This document shows positions 48,160-59,300 of a stretch of DNA of 64,000 nt, piece after piece. The DNA lies in the IMG/VR virus record IMGVR_UViG_3300031718_000001, positions 64,001 to 128,000 of that record; one strand, written 5' to 3'. Every line of letters starts with the position of its first letter. The first letter of the stretch is position 1. Below the pieces are notes generated by a model. It was given only the letters and a program-made list of their open reading frames with translations. It was not told the DNA's origin and did no database searches. Position numbers and translations under genes: made by a program. This DNA comes from a virus.

Positions 48160-50562
48160 ATGACCATTCCGTTCCCGGAGGGGCGTCCGGACACCTCCGT
48201 CGGCAGCGATTCGGGTGCCCAGCTCACCCAGGGCTTCCAGGTCCTCAGCCGCCAGATGCAGACACTGGAGCGCGTCATCTCGACGCAGACGGCGATGATG
48301 GAGCGCACCCTCAACGCCAACCAGCGCTTCCAGATGGCGGGCAACCCGCAGCTCCGCCAGGACGTGATGGCGTCGGTCGCGGCCACGGGCGGCTCGCTGC
48401 ACGGCGCCAGGCTCACCCAGGTGTCGCCGATGGGCGCCATGTCCAGCATGGAGAACCTCCAGGCCTACGGTGCCCAGAAGCTCGGCCAGTGGATCGCCGG
48501 CACGCCGCTGTACGAGATGCCCACCGGTTCCCAGCAGGCAGGCGGTACGGGCGGTACCCCAGCAGGCACGCCGACCTCGACCGGCACCGGCTGGCCAGGC
48601 GGAGGAGCCGGCGGCGGCACTCCCGTCGGCACGCCTACTTCGGCCGGGCGCGCACCCGGGGCGGGGGCGGGCGGGTCGGGCGGCGCAGGAGGAGGCCCGG
48701 TAAGCCCGACGGCACCGATGGGCCAGGGCGGGGGACCGCCAGGCGGGGGCGGCCGTTCCGGCCTGCCCGGGATGATCTGGGGCTCGGGCTCGCGCGGCGG
48801 GTCCTCGACCGGGATGGCGGCGCTCCAGCAGGTCGGCGCCCGGGTGGCCATGTCCGGCGGCACCCTCAGCGGCCTCACCAGCGCGCTGCACTCGATCCCC
48901 GGCGTCGGCCTGATCATGGATGCGGTCAGCGGCGGAGCCAACGCCTACCTCAACCAGCGCGAGGCGGGCCGGGTCTACCAGGAGGTCGAGGGCGGCTCGA
49001 ACCTCTCGGCCCAGACCGAGCGGCTGCACGCCGCCGCCTACCAGGCGAGCATGTACGGCCTGATGCCGTCGGGGGCCGCGGCCCAGTCCTTCGGCGCGGT
49101 CACGGCCATGGGCTACAACCAGGCCGCCGCCAACGAGGGCGGCCAGATGCAGAACCGGCAGTCAGCCCTCAACTTCGTCTACCACAACTACACCGGTACC
49201 GGGATGGACGTGAACCAGTCCCTCCAGGTCCTCCAGTCGGCCAGCTCGGATGCCAACGTCAACCTGAGCCAGCTCAGCTCCACCCTCAACTCGCTGTCGG
49301 CCGCCGCAGGCCAGGCCGGGACCAACGCCGAGACGGCCCGGAACCAGTTCAACAGCTACTTCCAGGCCGCGCTCGGCCAGGGCATGAGCAACGGCGCCAC
49401 CACGGTGGCCGGCGGGATCAGCTCGATGCAGGCGTCGATGGGCAAGGAGTTCTCCGGCGTCAACTTCTCCGGCGAGCTGTCCCAGTCCCGCCAGTACCTG
49501 CTGTCCGGGATGAGCGGCATGAGCCCTGCTCAGCTCCAGTACACCGCGCGCACTAACCCGGGCGCCTACAACCAGCTCCTGGCCGGCCAGAATATGCAGT
49601 TCCTGACCCAGGGCGGCCTGATGACGCCGCAGCTCACGTCCTCGCTCAACAAGGACATCGCTGCCGCCGGAGGCGGCACTGCTCTCATGTCCAACCCGAC
49701 GCTGCGCGACCAGGTTGCCACCCAGTTCCTCAACCAGAACCAGGTCAGCGGCAACATCAACGAGAACCTGTGGGCGCAGGAGATCTCGGCCCTGACCGGC
49801 GTCAACATGAACGCCACCCAGGCATTCCAGTGGATCGTCAGCCAGTCGTCCGGCAACAACGAGGCCTCGCACAATGCCGGGCTGGGTGTCGGGTCCACCC
49901 CCGGCGCGAGCGTCTCCGCCAGCAAGAAGACGCCCAGCGGCACCCCGGTCGGCCAGTACGGCCTGGCCCAGCCCAAGACCAGTGTCGTCAGCCGGATCTC
50001 CTCGCTGTTCGAGCACGGCAATCTCTCCGGCGAGTCGTGGCAGAACGTGCTGAAGGGCGCCAATGCACCGTCCGCGAACGCCTACCTGTCCCAGGAGTCC
50101 AAGAGCGGCCAGCGCAGCCCGGTCCTGGAAGGCCTGATCCAGAACACCTCCAGCAGCGACCAGGTGATGGTCAACACCTCCAGCGGCCAGCGGGTGATGT
50201 CCATGGCCGACGCGATGAAGTACTACCCGAACGAGCTGGCGGGCGGGAACGTCGAGTTCTACGGGTCCAAGGGCCAAGCGCTCGGCAGCACGAGTTCCCT
50301 CACCCACGGCTTGGTCAATGCTGCGGCGAACGTCACGTCCGAGGAGAAGCAGAAGGCAGGAGCCAACCTCGGCGTCACCGCGTCAGCCTGGGAGAAGTCC
50401 CACCCGAACACGACGGCCGCGGCCGGAGGAGGCCAGGCGGTCACGATCAACCTGTCGAGCGAGGCCGCCCAGCTCCTCAAGCTGCTGCCGTCCAACAACG
50501 ACGTGGCCGCGGCCACCTCGACCGTCCCCGCGAACCCGGTGGTGTCTCAGGCGAGCCGCTGA
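48160..50562 (+). CDS. Tape measure protein
   Basis: 800 aa, Ala/Gly/Gln/Ser-rich, follows the chaperone; late motif and RBS. Confidence 0.75.
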   Translation: MTIPFPEGRPDTSVGSDSGAQLTQGFQVLSRQMQTLERVISTQTAMMERTLNANQRFQMAGNPQLRQDVMASVAATGGSLHGARLTQVSPMGAMSSMENLQAYGAQKLGQWIAGTPLYEMPTGSQQAGGTGGTPAGTPTSTGTGWPGGGAGGGTPVGTPTSAGRAPGAGAGGSGGAGGGPVSPTAPMGQGGGPPGGGGRSGLPGMIWGSGSRGGSSTGMAALQQVGARVAMSGGTLSGLTSALHSIPGVGLIMDAVSGGANAYLNQREAGRVYQEVEGGSNLSAQTERLHAAAYQASMYGLMPSGAAAQSFGAVTAMGYNQAAANEGGQMQNRQSALNFVYHNYTGTGMDVNQSLQVLQSASSDANVNLSQLSSTLNSLSAAAGQAGTNAETARNQFNSYFQAALGQGMSNGATTVAGGISSMQASMGKEFSGVNFSGELSQSRQYLLSGMSGMSPAQLQYTARTNPGAYNQLLAGQNMQFLTQGGLMTPQLTSSLNKDIAAAGGGTALMSNPTLRDQVATQFLNQNQVSGNINENLWAQEISALTGVNMNATQAFQWIVSQSSGNNEASHNAGLGVGSTPGASVSASKKTPSGTPVGQYGLAQPKTSVVSRISSLFEHGNLSGESWQNVLKGANAPSANAYLSQESKSGQRSPVLEGLIQNTSSSDQVMVNTSSGQRVMSMADAMKYYPNELAGGNVEFYGSKGQALGSTSSLTHGLVNAAANVTSEEKQKAGANLGVTASAWEKSHPNTTAAAGGGQAVTINLSSEAAQLLKLLPSNNDVAAATSTVPANPVVSQASR

Positions 50563-51059
50563 CCTGAGATCAGGTCCTCGGGCAGGCCGCTGGCCCGGCC
50601 CTCGACCACGATCTGGAACCGGATGCCGTGCGCGAGCATGCGCTTCATGCAGTCCTTCGTGCCGGTGCTCCTGGTGCCGACCTTCAGCGCGGCCAGGCCC
50701 CAGTCGGCCCCCTCCGCGCACATCTCCTCGTTGCGGTACGGCCCGGCCGCAGGGCAGACCGGTATGCCGCGGACCATCTTCCGGTGGCCGGGCTCGCACC
50801 CTGGCCGGCACGGGCCTTCCCAGTCTGCCGGGTGCGGGTCCTGCCGTACCGGCAGGCCGTCGCCTTCCATCTCCAGCGCCCACTCCTGGGCCATCCGGTC
50901 GGCGTTCGTGGACCAGTCGGGGTTCTCGTGCCCGCCGTGCACCACGATCAGCACCACGTCAGCCGGCAGCGAGTCGAAGATGGTGTTCAGCGCGGTGCGC
51001 AGCGACAGCGGATCGCCCCACTCGCGGCTGCCGGTGACGATCAGCCTGAATTCACGCAT
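50547..51059 (-). CDS. SLOG-family (YspA/DUF2493-like) protein
   Basis: LIVTGSREW..VHGG..ADRMA..PADW..AAGPYRNEEM..GT. Confidence 0.8.
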   Translation of the reverse strand: MREFRLIVTGSREWGDPLSLRTALNTIFDSLPADVVLIVVHGGHENPDWSTNADRMAQEWALEMEGDGLPVRQDPHPADWEGPCRPGCEPGHRKMVRGIPVCPAAGPYRNEEMCAEGADWGLAALKVGTRSTGTKDCMKRMLAHGIRFQIVVEGRASGLPEDLISGQRLA

Positions 51060-51348
51060 AAGGCGGCAGCCCGAGCAGCTCCATGATCATCCGGTAGCCG
51101 TATGCCGTGACGGTGTAGCAGCGGCGGCCGTCCTCGGCGCGGCTGGGCTTGACCCACGCCTGGGATTCCATCTTCCACAAGGCCCGCTGTACGCCCGCGT
51201 AGCCCTGCGTGTGTCCTGCCCTGGCGAGCTGGCTGGATGACATCGGCGCTGGCCTGGTCGCGAGCACGAGCATGGCCTTGCGGTGACTGGACGGCAGGAA
51301 CCGGCGGCCGTACAGCCGCCGGACCCGCGCCGAGCGCTTTTCCTTCAC
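51052..51348 (-). CDS. Winged-helix DNA-binding protein
   Basis: PMSSSQLA..VQRALWKMESQAWV..RRCYTVTAYG (PadR-like); GTGA overlap. Confidence 0.6.
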   Translation of the reverse strand: MKEKRSARVRRLYGRRFLPSSHRKAMLVLATRPAPMSSSQLARAGHTQGYAGVQRALWKMESQAWVKPSRAEDGRRCYTVTAYGYRMIMELLGLPPYA

Positions 51349-51773
51349 TCCACTCCGTCCTCGGTGCGGGTGCGCAGGATCACTGGCCGTCCCAGGAACT
51401 CGGGGCTGTGCAGGAAGAACTGGTCGATGCTGTCGAACGAGTTCTCCCACCAGGCCTGCTTGCCGTTCACCTCGATGGCCACGCCGTCGTTCACATTGTC
51501 GTGCACGAGCGTCAGGACCGGCAGCCGGCGCTCAGGAGGCATCAGCCGGGGAACCCGGTGGCCAAGCTCCATCGGCGGGGATGACTCGCTGCCACTCTCG
51601 TCGCGGTGCGGGAACCGCATCAGGCCCGGGTTCAGATCGCGGTCGTACTCGTCCGTGTTGCGGAACGCCGGCCCGGTGATGACGCAGACGCCGCCCATAG
51701 ACCACACGTGGTCGCCCTCGGCGATATCTGACCACTTGACCAGCTCGAACTGCTCAGGAAGGTGTTCGCTCAT
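51345..51773 (-). CDS. Hypothetical protein
   Basis: Coupled within the reverse-strand operon. Confidence 0.55.
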   Translation of the reverse strand: MSEHLPEQFELVKWSDIAEGDHVWSMGGVCVITGPAFRNTDEYDRDLNPGLMRFPHRDESGSESSPPMELGHRVPRLMPPERRLPVLTLVHDNVNDGVAIEVNGKQAWWENSFDSIDQFFLHSPEFLGRPVILRTRTEDGVE

Positions 51774-52186
51774 GGCTCTCTTTTCTCGCCCATCACGCTC
51801 TCGGTGAGGCGGGCGCTTTCCTTGCGGTTGTGGTCACGCCAGGCGATGTGCGCGGCTTCGAGGCCCAGGACCTCGGCGATCCCGACGGCGAGACGCTGCC
51901 GCGGGGTCAGCGTGCGCTTCCACGCCCGGTAGCTCCGGCTCAGTACCCGGATGGCGATGAGCGCGAGCACGATCAGCGGAGCCCCGATCAGCACGGCCGA
52001 GGCCAGGCCCAGCCATAGGCCGGTACCCAGGTCGGCAGCATCGCCGTATGGCGAGTACTGGAACAGGTCGTACAGCGCGAACGGGGCTATGGCCCCGCCT
52101 GCGATCAGCGAGATGCTCCCGGCGAGCAGGCCGGCGCCAAGGCGCGAGGTCTTTACTTCACCGCTGCTGTGTCTTCCGCTCATCAT
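51770..52186 (-). CDS. Membrane protein
   Basis: Two hydrophobic segments; TATACT 6 nt upstream (leaderless). Confidence 0.6.
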   Translation of the reverse strand: MMSGRHSSGEVKTSRLGAGLLAGSISLIAGGAIAPFALYDLFQYSPYGDAADLGTGLWLGLASAVLIGAPLIVLALIAIRVLSRSYRAWKRTLTPRQRLAVGIAEVLGLEAAHIAWRDHNRKESARLTESVMGEKREP

Positions 52187-52192
52187 GCCTCC

Positions 52193-52220
52193 AGTATACA
52201 GCTTTTCTTGCTAATAGCGA
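52193..52220 (-). promoter_or_regulatory. Promoter containing TAGCAAGAAAAG
   Basis: Minus strand TTAGCAAGAAAAGCTG-TATACT. Confidence 0.55.
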
Positions 52221-52279
52221 CCGCACCGCCAGGCAGGCCGCGCCCCAGAAGGATAGAGACGGGCTGCGAGGAGGTGCTG

Positions 52280-52894
52280 GTGGGAACGGCGACGCTGGGC
52301 TACCCGGGCGGCCCGAACATCGCCTTCAGGATCGACCCCGAGATGATCACCTGGAACTGGCAGGTGCTGACCAATGTCACCGAGACGATCGGCGGCCGGG
52401 TCATCCAGGTACTGGGGGCACGCCTGGAGGACCTCACTGTCCAGGGCTCGATGGGCCAGAACCACGCCGATCCGGCCAGCGGGGAGAGCTGGCAGATGGT
52501 CGAGGCCTTCGTCGCCACGATTACCCAGATCATGGAGGCTCAGTCGGCTGATAGCAACCAGCAGGCCCAGATGCACCCTCCGGCGGTCTTCAACTACCCG
52601 CCCAAAGGCTGGCGGTTCAATGTCTACGTCAAGTCGCTCACCGACCCCGACGGCCAGAACTCGGCGATCCTGCGGACGGGCAAGATCAACCAGCGCTACT
52701 CCCTCTCCCTGTTCATCGTCCAGGACGGATCCTCGGCCCTGGTCAAGGCCGGCACCACCAACGGGGTGTTCAGCCAGAAGGCCTACGACGCCGTGTCCGC
52801 GTTCATGGCCCGTATCTCCGACGGCGTGGGCTGGCACTTTACCCAGTACAACGGCCAGGTCACAGGCGTGATCGGCAATCCGGGAGGAAGCTGA
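52280..52894 (+). CDS. Tail tube initiator/baseplate protein (putative)
   Basis: FRIDPEMITW..TETIGGRVIQ; first baseplate-module gene; late motif and RBS. Confidence 0.55.
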   Translation: MGTATLGYPGGPNIAFRIDPEMITWNWQVLTNVTETIGGRVIQVLGARLEDLTVQGSMGQNHADPASGESWQMVEAFVATITQIMEAQSADSNQQAQMHPPAVFNYPPKGWRFNVYVKSLTDPDGQNSAILRTGKINQRYSLSLFIVQDGSSALVKAGTTNGVFSQKAYDAVSAFMARISDGVGWHFTQYNGQVTGVIGNPGGS

Positions 52895-53136
52895 TGGCCG
52901 TTACCGACCGCCCCGCATGGGGAGCTGACGTGCCGATCTCGATGCCGGTGCCGGCCAGCGAGGCGCCCATGGTGGAGATGCACGGCTTCGCCATGACCCA
53001 GTTCCGCCTGGTGCACGACCTGACCTCGGCCGAGTACGAGGCCCTGTCCGTGCCGGTCTACGCCCCGGCGCAGCCCAACGGCAACGTGGTGGCAGGCGAC
53101 GCTGCGATCGATTCCAGGTCAGCGGCCAGTGGCTAG
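52894..53136 (+). CDS. Small baseplate-region protein
   Basis: Coupled; GGAGG RBS. Confidence 0.5.
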   Translation: MAVTDRPAWGADVPISMPVPASEAPMVEMHGFAMTQFRLVHDLTSAEYEALSVPVYAPAQPNGNVVAGDAAIDSRSAASG

Positions 53137-53779
53137 GCAGGGACTGAACTGCACGCTGTCCTACGTCAACGGCGGCACGACCTACACCTACCGGGTGCGC
53201 GCGGGGGACCTGTCCTACGGCGTGCAGATGGTCTCGGCCGAGGACGAGGGCCGGGTCACGCGCGCCTATTACCCGCACAAGAGCGCCAATCAGCAGTTCA
53301 GCGTCCAGGTCCTGCTCAAGGACTGGGACGAGCGCTCCGACTTCATGAACTGGCTGACCAGCTACGCCCAGTGGGCGCTCGACCCGAATGCCGCGCGCAC
53401 CGTGTTCCCGTTCATGACCGTCTCGGTGCCTGTCCGGAACTACCAGCAGACCGGTCTCCCCCTGACCGGGTACGAGTGGGGCGCGCACACCGCGATGATG
53501 TCGTTCTCTCCCACCATCGTGTTCGAGACCGGACTGTCGCCGGGCCAGAACGGGACCGGGATAACGGTCAGCTCGGTGATCAACCAGTGGAGCGCGTTCT
53601 CCGCGGACCCGGCCATCCAGTACTTCTACCCGTTCGGCACCCAGCTCTCGGCCAGCCAGGTACCGGAGGACTACAGCCAGGTCATCCCGGCCGCCTCGAC
53701 GCCGCCTGCCGCTACGAGCACCCCGCCCTACGCCCCGGGCTACAAGCCGCCGCCCAACTACTTCGACGTGACGGGGTGA
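53129..53779 (+). CDS. Baseplate-region protein
   Basis: Operonic, GC3-biased. Confidence 0.55.
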   Translation: MARQGLNCTLSYVNGGTTYTYRVRAGDLSYGVQMVSAEDEGRVTRAYYPHKSANQQFSVQVLLKDWDERSDFMNWLTSYAQWALDPNAARTVFPFMTVSVPVRNYQQTGLPLTGYEWGAHTAMMSFSPTIVFETGLSPGQNGTGITVSSVINQWSAFSADPAIQYFYPFGTQLSASQVPEDYSQVIPAASTPPAATSTPPYAPGYKPPPNYFDVTG

Positions 53780-53783
53780 GCTG

Positions 53784-56372
53784 ATGGCCGTCTTTATGTA
53801 TTCGCCAGGGATAAAGGTCTACATCTCAACCCAGAGCAACGGCATCGTGGACGTGTCCGACGACGTGACCCAGGGCAACATGGTGCGCCGGTCGGATGGG
53901 GTATCGAGCTTCAGCTTCCAGCTCCAGAACCCGTTCCGGAAGTACTCGGGCATCTTCACGCCGAACGACCGGATCATCGTGATGATGAAGCGCATTAGCT
54001 GGCTGCGCGTCTTCACCGGCTACCTGAACGCTGTCCCGCTCGTCACGGCCTGGCCGTCGAGCGTGCAGATCACCGCGAGCTGCTCGCTCAAGCGGCTCCA
54101 GTACTGGTTCTGGGATCCGGGGCTGCCCGCCAGCCAGAACATGGTCGCCCAGGCGATGGCCACGGCCACCACCAACCCCGACGACGGGGGCGTGACCAAC
54201 GCGGTGATGGCGATCCTCCAGAACGTCGTCGGCTGGCCGGCCGCTAACGTGCACATCGCAGGCATCCCGCAGGCCTGGTCCACCTGGGCCTACAAGATCG
54301 CCCAGGCTGTCCAGGCGGAGACGGCCGAGGCCGACGCGCTCGCCCAGCAGTTCTACGCCACCCTCGGTGCCGGGGGAACCGTCGGCGGCACGACCGGCGG
54401 GGGCGTCACCGTGACCAGCGGGGCGCTGAAGGCCGGCACCTACGGCGGCGTCCAGCTCACTTCCAGCCAGTGCAGCTACGCGATCCTCATCTACAACGTC
54501 TGCATGCAAATGGGCGGCACTACCCGGGATGCTGCCGTCGGCATCATGACCGCCTACCAGGAGTCGCGCCTCCAGAACCTCAACTATGGCACCGGCAGCT
54601 CGCTCGGGCTCTTCCAGCAGGAGAACAACGGGGCATGGGGGACCACGGCGCAGCGGCTCAACCCGACGCACGCGGCCCAGGCGTTCTTCCAGGTGCTGCT
54701 GGCAATCAGCAACCGCGACAGCATGACCATGGACCAGGAGGCCCAGGCCGTCCAGCGCAGCGGCTACCCCACTGCCTACGCCCAGTGGCAGACGATGGCC
54801 ACCCAGGTGGTCAACATCATGGCCAACGGCCAGGGCGCCAGCTCGCTGGGCAACGCCGCAGCGTTCAGCGCGCTGATGGCCAACGGCAAGGCCGGCAAGA
54901 CCGACTGCACCCAGCTCCTGGGCACCGCGCTCGGCCTGGTGGAGAGCAACACGAGCATCACCTACCAGGAAGGCGGCGACTCTGCCCCGAACGTCGCCGA
55001 TCCGACGCTGCTCGACTGCTCGTCCTTCGTGCAGTGGTGCATCTACCACACCCTCGGCTCGCTCAACAACTGCCCGCGGACCTCCCAGGACCAGAGCGCC
55101 TGGTGCCAGGCCTCGGGGAAGATCGTCACCGTCGAGGAAGGCCTCAACATCCCGGGCGCCCTGATGTTCATCGGCAGTCCGGGCAGCGCGACCCACGTCG
55201 AGATCTCCTGCGGCACCGGCCAGAACACGGTCGGAGCCCACCACAGTGGCACCTACGCGGGCGTCGTGACGGCCGGCAGTGCTGTCTGGGGCTGCGCGGG
55301 CCTGGTTCCCGGCTTCGACTACTCGGCGTTCAGCGGCAAGGCCCCCGCCTACAAGGCCGTGCCCACCGGCAGCTCGCTGGCTTCGGGCAGCTTCACTGCG
55401 GTGAGCGCCCAGGGACTTCAGACCAGCCCGGCCAGCACTGAGCCCTGGTACAACCCGAACGACCAGTTCGACACGCTCTTCGGGTCCAATCCGTGGTTTC
55501 CGGTCTTCGATACCGAGGCTGCCACTGAGTCCTCGGTGTTCACCGGCCCGCGCGCCCTGCTGAACGACCAGCCGCTGCTGCCGTACCTGAAGAACCTGTT
55601 CGGGTCGGTCATGCGGTCCTACTGCTCAGGCCCCAATGGCGACCTGATCGCCTGGTTCCCCGACTACTACGGGATCTGGGGCACGGCTGCGATCATGCGA
55701 GTCGAGCCGATCGAGTTGCAGGACTTCACCGTCTACTGGGACGACACCAACCTGGTCACCCACCAGTACACCGTGGCCCCGCCCGCCCAGCAGATGGACC
55801 TGGGCAGCGGCCAGAGCCTCGGCATCACCCTCCCGGCCACTGGCCAGACCATCCCGCTCGACGTGATCTACGCGATGACCACCACCGGCATAGCCACCAT
55901 CGACATCCCGGCGATCATGTACGCCCTGTTCGGCCTGGAGCCGACCAAGGCAGCGGCCCAGGCCTTCATCGACTACATCTACAACCGGTTCGGCGCGCGG
56001 CCCGACCTGGAGCAACTCCCGGGCGTGATCGGCCCGCAAGGCGAGTTCTTCTCCGCGCTGTTCCTGTTCATGAGGTCCTGGGCCTACCAGTACAACGCGG
56101 ATATCCCGCTGACCTTCATGCCCGAGCTGTGGCCGGGCATGCTGATCCAGATCCCGGCCTTCAGCTTCCAGGCCTACGTGACCACGGTGACCCACAGCTT
56201 CCAGATGGGGCCGGGCGGGTTCTTCAACACCACCGTGAACATCGCGGCGCCCGCGCGCCTGCCAGGCAGCGGCAACGACTCAGGCGGCCAGCTCATCGGC
56301 CTGCCGGTAGCCGGCGGCCTTACCGCGGGCACCAACCTGCCGATCCCCGGCGCCGGTACCGGGAGCACCTGA
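53784..56372 (+). CDS. Baseplate hub with lysozyme-like and NlpC/P60 domains
   Basis: AYQESRLQNL..SLGLFQQ..WGT..AVQRS; DCSSFVQW..GALMF..HVEI; PELWPGMLIQI..YVTTVTH hub motif. Confidence 0.75.
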   Translation: MAVFMYSPGIKVYISTQSNGIVDVSDDVTQGNMVRRSDGVSSFSFQLQNPFRKYSGIFTPNDRIIVMMKRISWLRVFTGYLNAVPLVTAWPSSVQITASCSLKRLQYWFWDPGLPASQNMVAQAMATATTNPDDGGVTNAVMAILQNVVGWPAANVHIAGIPQAWSTWAYKIAQAVQAETAEADALAQQFYATLGAGGTVGGTTGGGVTVTSGALKAGTYGGVQLTSSQCSYAILIYNVCMQMGGTTRDAAVGIMTAYQESRLQNLNYGTGSSLGLFQQENNGAWGTTAQRLNPTHAAQAFFQVLLAISNRDSMTMDQEAQAVQRSGYPTAYAQWQTMATQVVNIMANGQGASSLGNAAAFSALMANGKAGKTDCTQLLGTALGLVESNTSITYQEGGDSAPNVADPTLLDCSSFVQWCIYHTLGSLNNCPRTSQDQSAWCQASGKIVTVEEGLNIPGALMFIGSPGSATHVEISCGTGQNTVGAHHSGTYAGVVTAGSAVWGCAGLVPGFDYSAFSGKAPAYKAVPTGSSLASGSFTAVSAQGLQTSPASTEPWYNPNDQFDTLFGSNPWFPVFDTEAATESSVFTGPRALLNDQPLLPYLKNLFGSVMRSYCSGPNGDLIAWFPDYYGIWGTAAIMRVEPIELQDFTVYWDDTNLVTHQYTVAPPAQQMDLGSGQSLGITLPATGQTIPLDVIYAMTTTGIATIDIPAIMYALFGLEPTKAAAQAFIDYIYNRFGARPDLEQLPGVIGPQGEFFSALFLFMRSWAYQYNADIPLTFMPELWPGMLIQIPAFSFQAYVTTVTHSFQMGPGGFFNTTVNIAAPARLPGSGNDSGGQLIGLPVAGGLTAGTNLPIPGAGTGST

Positions 56373-59300
56373 TGGCGCCGCCCCGGGCAACCGTCAACGC
56401 GGCCACCCAGTCCGTCGGCTTCACCGCGAAGCTGGTCACGGTCCAGTCCGTCAGCGCCGACGGCACCCAGGCCGTGTGCGTGGACCGGCAGAACACCCAG
56501 ACCACCGTCAGCATGCTGGTGGAGCGCAGCAAGGGGCCGCTCCCGGCCGCGGGCGAGACCTGGCTCCTCGACCAGGCCCTGGGCATGTGGACCTTTGCTG
56601 CCTTCGTGGCGACCTCCTCCGGCCAGTTCGCCGGGGGATCTAGCGGCTCGACGGCCGGGGGGTCGAAGATCACCGTGTCGTCCGAGTCCCCGGTCAACCC
56701 GCAGACGGATGACATCTGGGTCAACGGGTCCTCGGGCAACGCGATCTTCTGGTGGTCCGGCAACGCCTGGGTGGCTACCCAGTTCGGCACCGCGGCGCTC
56801 GCCAACGGCGCGGTCACCGCGGCGAAGATCGCCAGCAGCACCATCACCTCCGCGCAGATCTCTCCCGACGCCGGGATCACGGCCGGGCAGGTCGCCTTCA
56901 CGGTTGGCGAGATCGGCGGCTCGCGGGTATGGACCGAGACATCCCAGCCGCAGGATCCGGGCATCGGCGACCTGTGGATTAACCCGGCCAACGGCAACAT
57001 GGTCTCGACATGGAACGGCCAGCAGTGGACGGCCATCCAGTTCGGTGCGTCAGCGATCCAGCCGGAGAGCCTGACCGCCGCGCAGATCTCGGCAGAGGCA
57101 GGTATCGGACCAGGGCAGGTCAGCTTCACGGCCAGCGACATCGGCGGAGTCACCACGTCGGTTTCGTCAGCCCAGCCGGCCAACCCGAATCTGGGCGACC
57201 TGTGGTTCAACGGCGCGGCCTCCTACGCCCTCTACGAGTGGAACGGCGCGGCCTGGGTGCCCTACCAGTTCGGCACTCAGGCGATTGCGGCCGGGAGCGT
57301 CACGGCTGCGCTCATCGCGGCTAACACGATTACCGCCACCCAGATCGCCTCGGGAACGATCACCTCGGCCCAGATCGCCGCCGGGACGATCACCGCGCAG
57401 AGCCTGGCCGTCGGCGGTGCAGTCAACTTCAACCCGTACTTCGCCGGCGGCTCGGTCACCGGCTGGGCCGGGTACCAGGGCGCGATCACCGCGATACAGC
57501 CCAGCGGCTCGCCGTACCCCTGGGCCGCTCAGCTTGTCCCCAACGGCACCGGGTCGCTGCCTGCGATCCAGGGGTCGCCAGCACCGTTCCCGGTCATCCC
57601 CGGCCAGTACTACCTGGTGTCGGCTGTCGTCAATACCCCCGCGACGGGCGTGCAGCTCGGGTTCACCTGGGAGAACTCATCCCAGGGATTCCTGTCCACC
57701 TCGGCCGCCTCGATCGCCGTGCCGTCCAGCACGTGGGAGGTCATCTCCGCCATCCAGCAGGCACCGGCCGGGGCTGCCTTCGCCTACCCCCTCGTCGCCC
57801 TGCCCGGCACGCCGCCGCCGAGCACCACGCTCGCCGTCGAGGCCTTCCTCGTGCTCACCCCGCTGAACGGCGGGATCATCGAGGCCGGCACGATCACGGC
57901 CGCGCAGATCGCCGCTGGCACCATCATTGCCGGGATCATCAACGGAACCACAGTGACCGGCGCGACCCTCCAGAACAGCGCGACGTTCCCGCGTACCTCG
58001 ATCAATCCGGACGGATCGCTCACCATCACCAACAGCTCTGGCTCTGTCATCTTCAAAATCGGCCCGGACGGCACCATGTACTGGTACAACCCGTCAGGGA
58101 CCGAGTTGCAGATGGAACTCCAGCCCGGCGGTACCACGCTGATCTACCAGTCAGCTACCGGCCCGGTCGAGTTCGACTTCGAGGGCACCGGCACAGGCTC
58201 AACCGACAGCTTCACCCCGCAGAACGCCACCCTGGCCGCATCGAGCGCCTGGAGCTACACCGGCCAGTGGTCCCTGCTGATCACCTCGACGGGCGCCAGC
58301 ACGTACGGAGCGACCTCGCCCGCCTTCGCGGTAGTCGCCGGAACCACCGTAACGGGCAGGCTCACGGTCTACGCCAGCATCCTGCTGAACGCCGTCTCGA
58401 TCGGCGTCACCTTCTGGTCCGGCACCAACGGCACCGGCACCAACCTCGGCACGGTGAACGGAGACCTGGGCACCACGTCGATCGCCGCGACGGCCAACCA
58501 GGTGCTGACGATCACCGGGGCGGCCGTGCCGGCAGGCGCGCAGAGTGCCACGTTCTTTATCGAGGAGTCGTACGCCGACCCGTCCGGTACCCAGATCTGG
58601 ATCGATACCGTGCTCTTCGCCGGCGGCCTGATCTACTCCAGCTCCCCGACAGCAGGAACTGACAGCTTCGGGAACACCGTCGAGCAGGGCACCAACTTCC
58701 GCGGCCTGCCGGGCCTGACCAATGTCTTTGGCGTCGAGGACCCCTATGGCCGCCAGCTCATGAAGGTGGACGCCTCGGGGAACATCTCCGGCCAGCTCGT
58801 CAGCGCGGCTACCGATGTACAGATCGCCGGCAACTCGGTGTCTGCCCTGCTGGCCGACGCCCCCCAGGGCATCATCAACGCCGGGTGGACGCCAGTCGGC
58901 CCGTGGCCTTCTGCCGCGATCGGCTCGACTGAGACGGCGATCCTCGAACTCGACCAGTACCTCCAGGCCGGACGCTCGTACACGCTTCAGGTGCAGCCCT
59001 TCGACATCCAGGGCTCGAACGGCGGCAATTACCGGACCTACATCACCGTGCGCGCGACCTCGAACGGGACTACCCCGACCACCTCATCGCCGGCGCTCGT
59101 CAGCAACACGCCGCTCAACTTCTCCGGCACCACCCAGGGCTCCTGCTGGATGCTGCACCCCGGCTACACCATCGTCATCAACCCGACGGCTACCGGCCTC
59201 TACCGGTTCCTGGTCACCGGGAACACGAGCGGAGGCGGAGGCACGTTCCAGCTTGCCAGCTCGATGGTCGTGACGATCGAGGACAACGGCATCCAGACCA

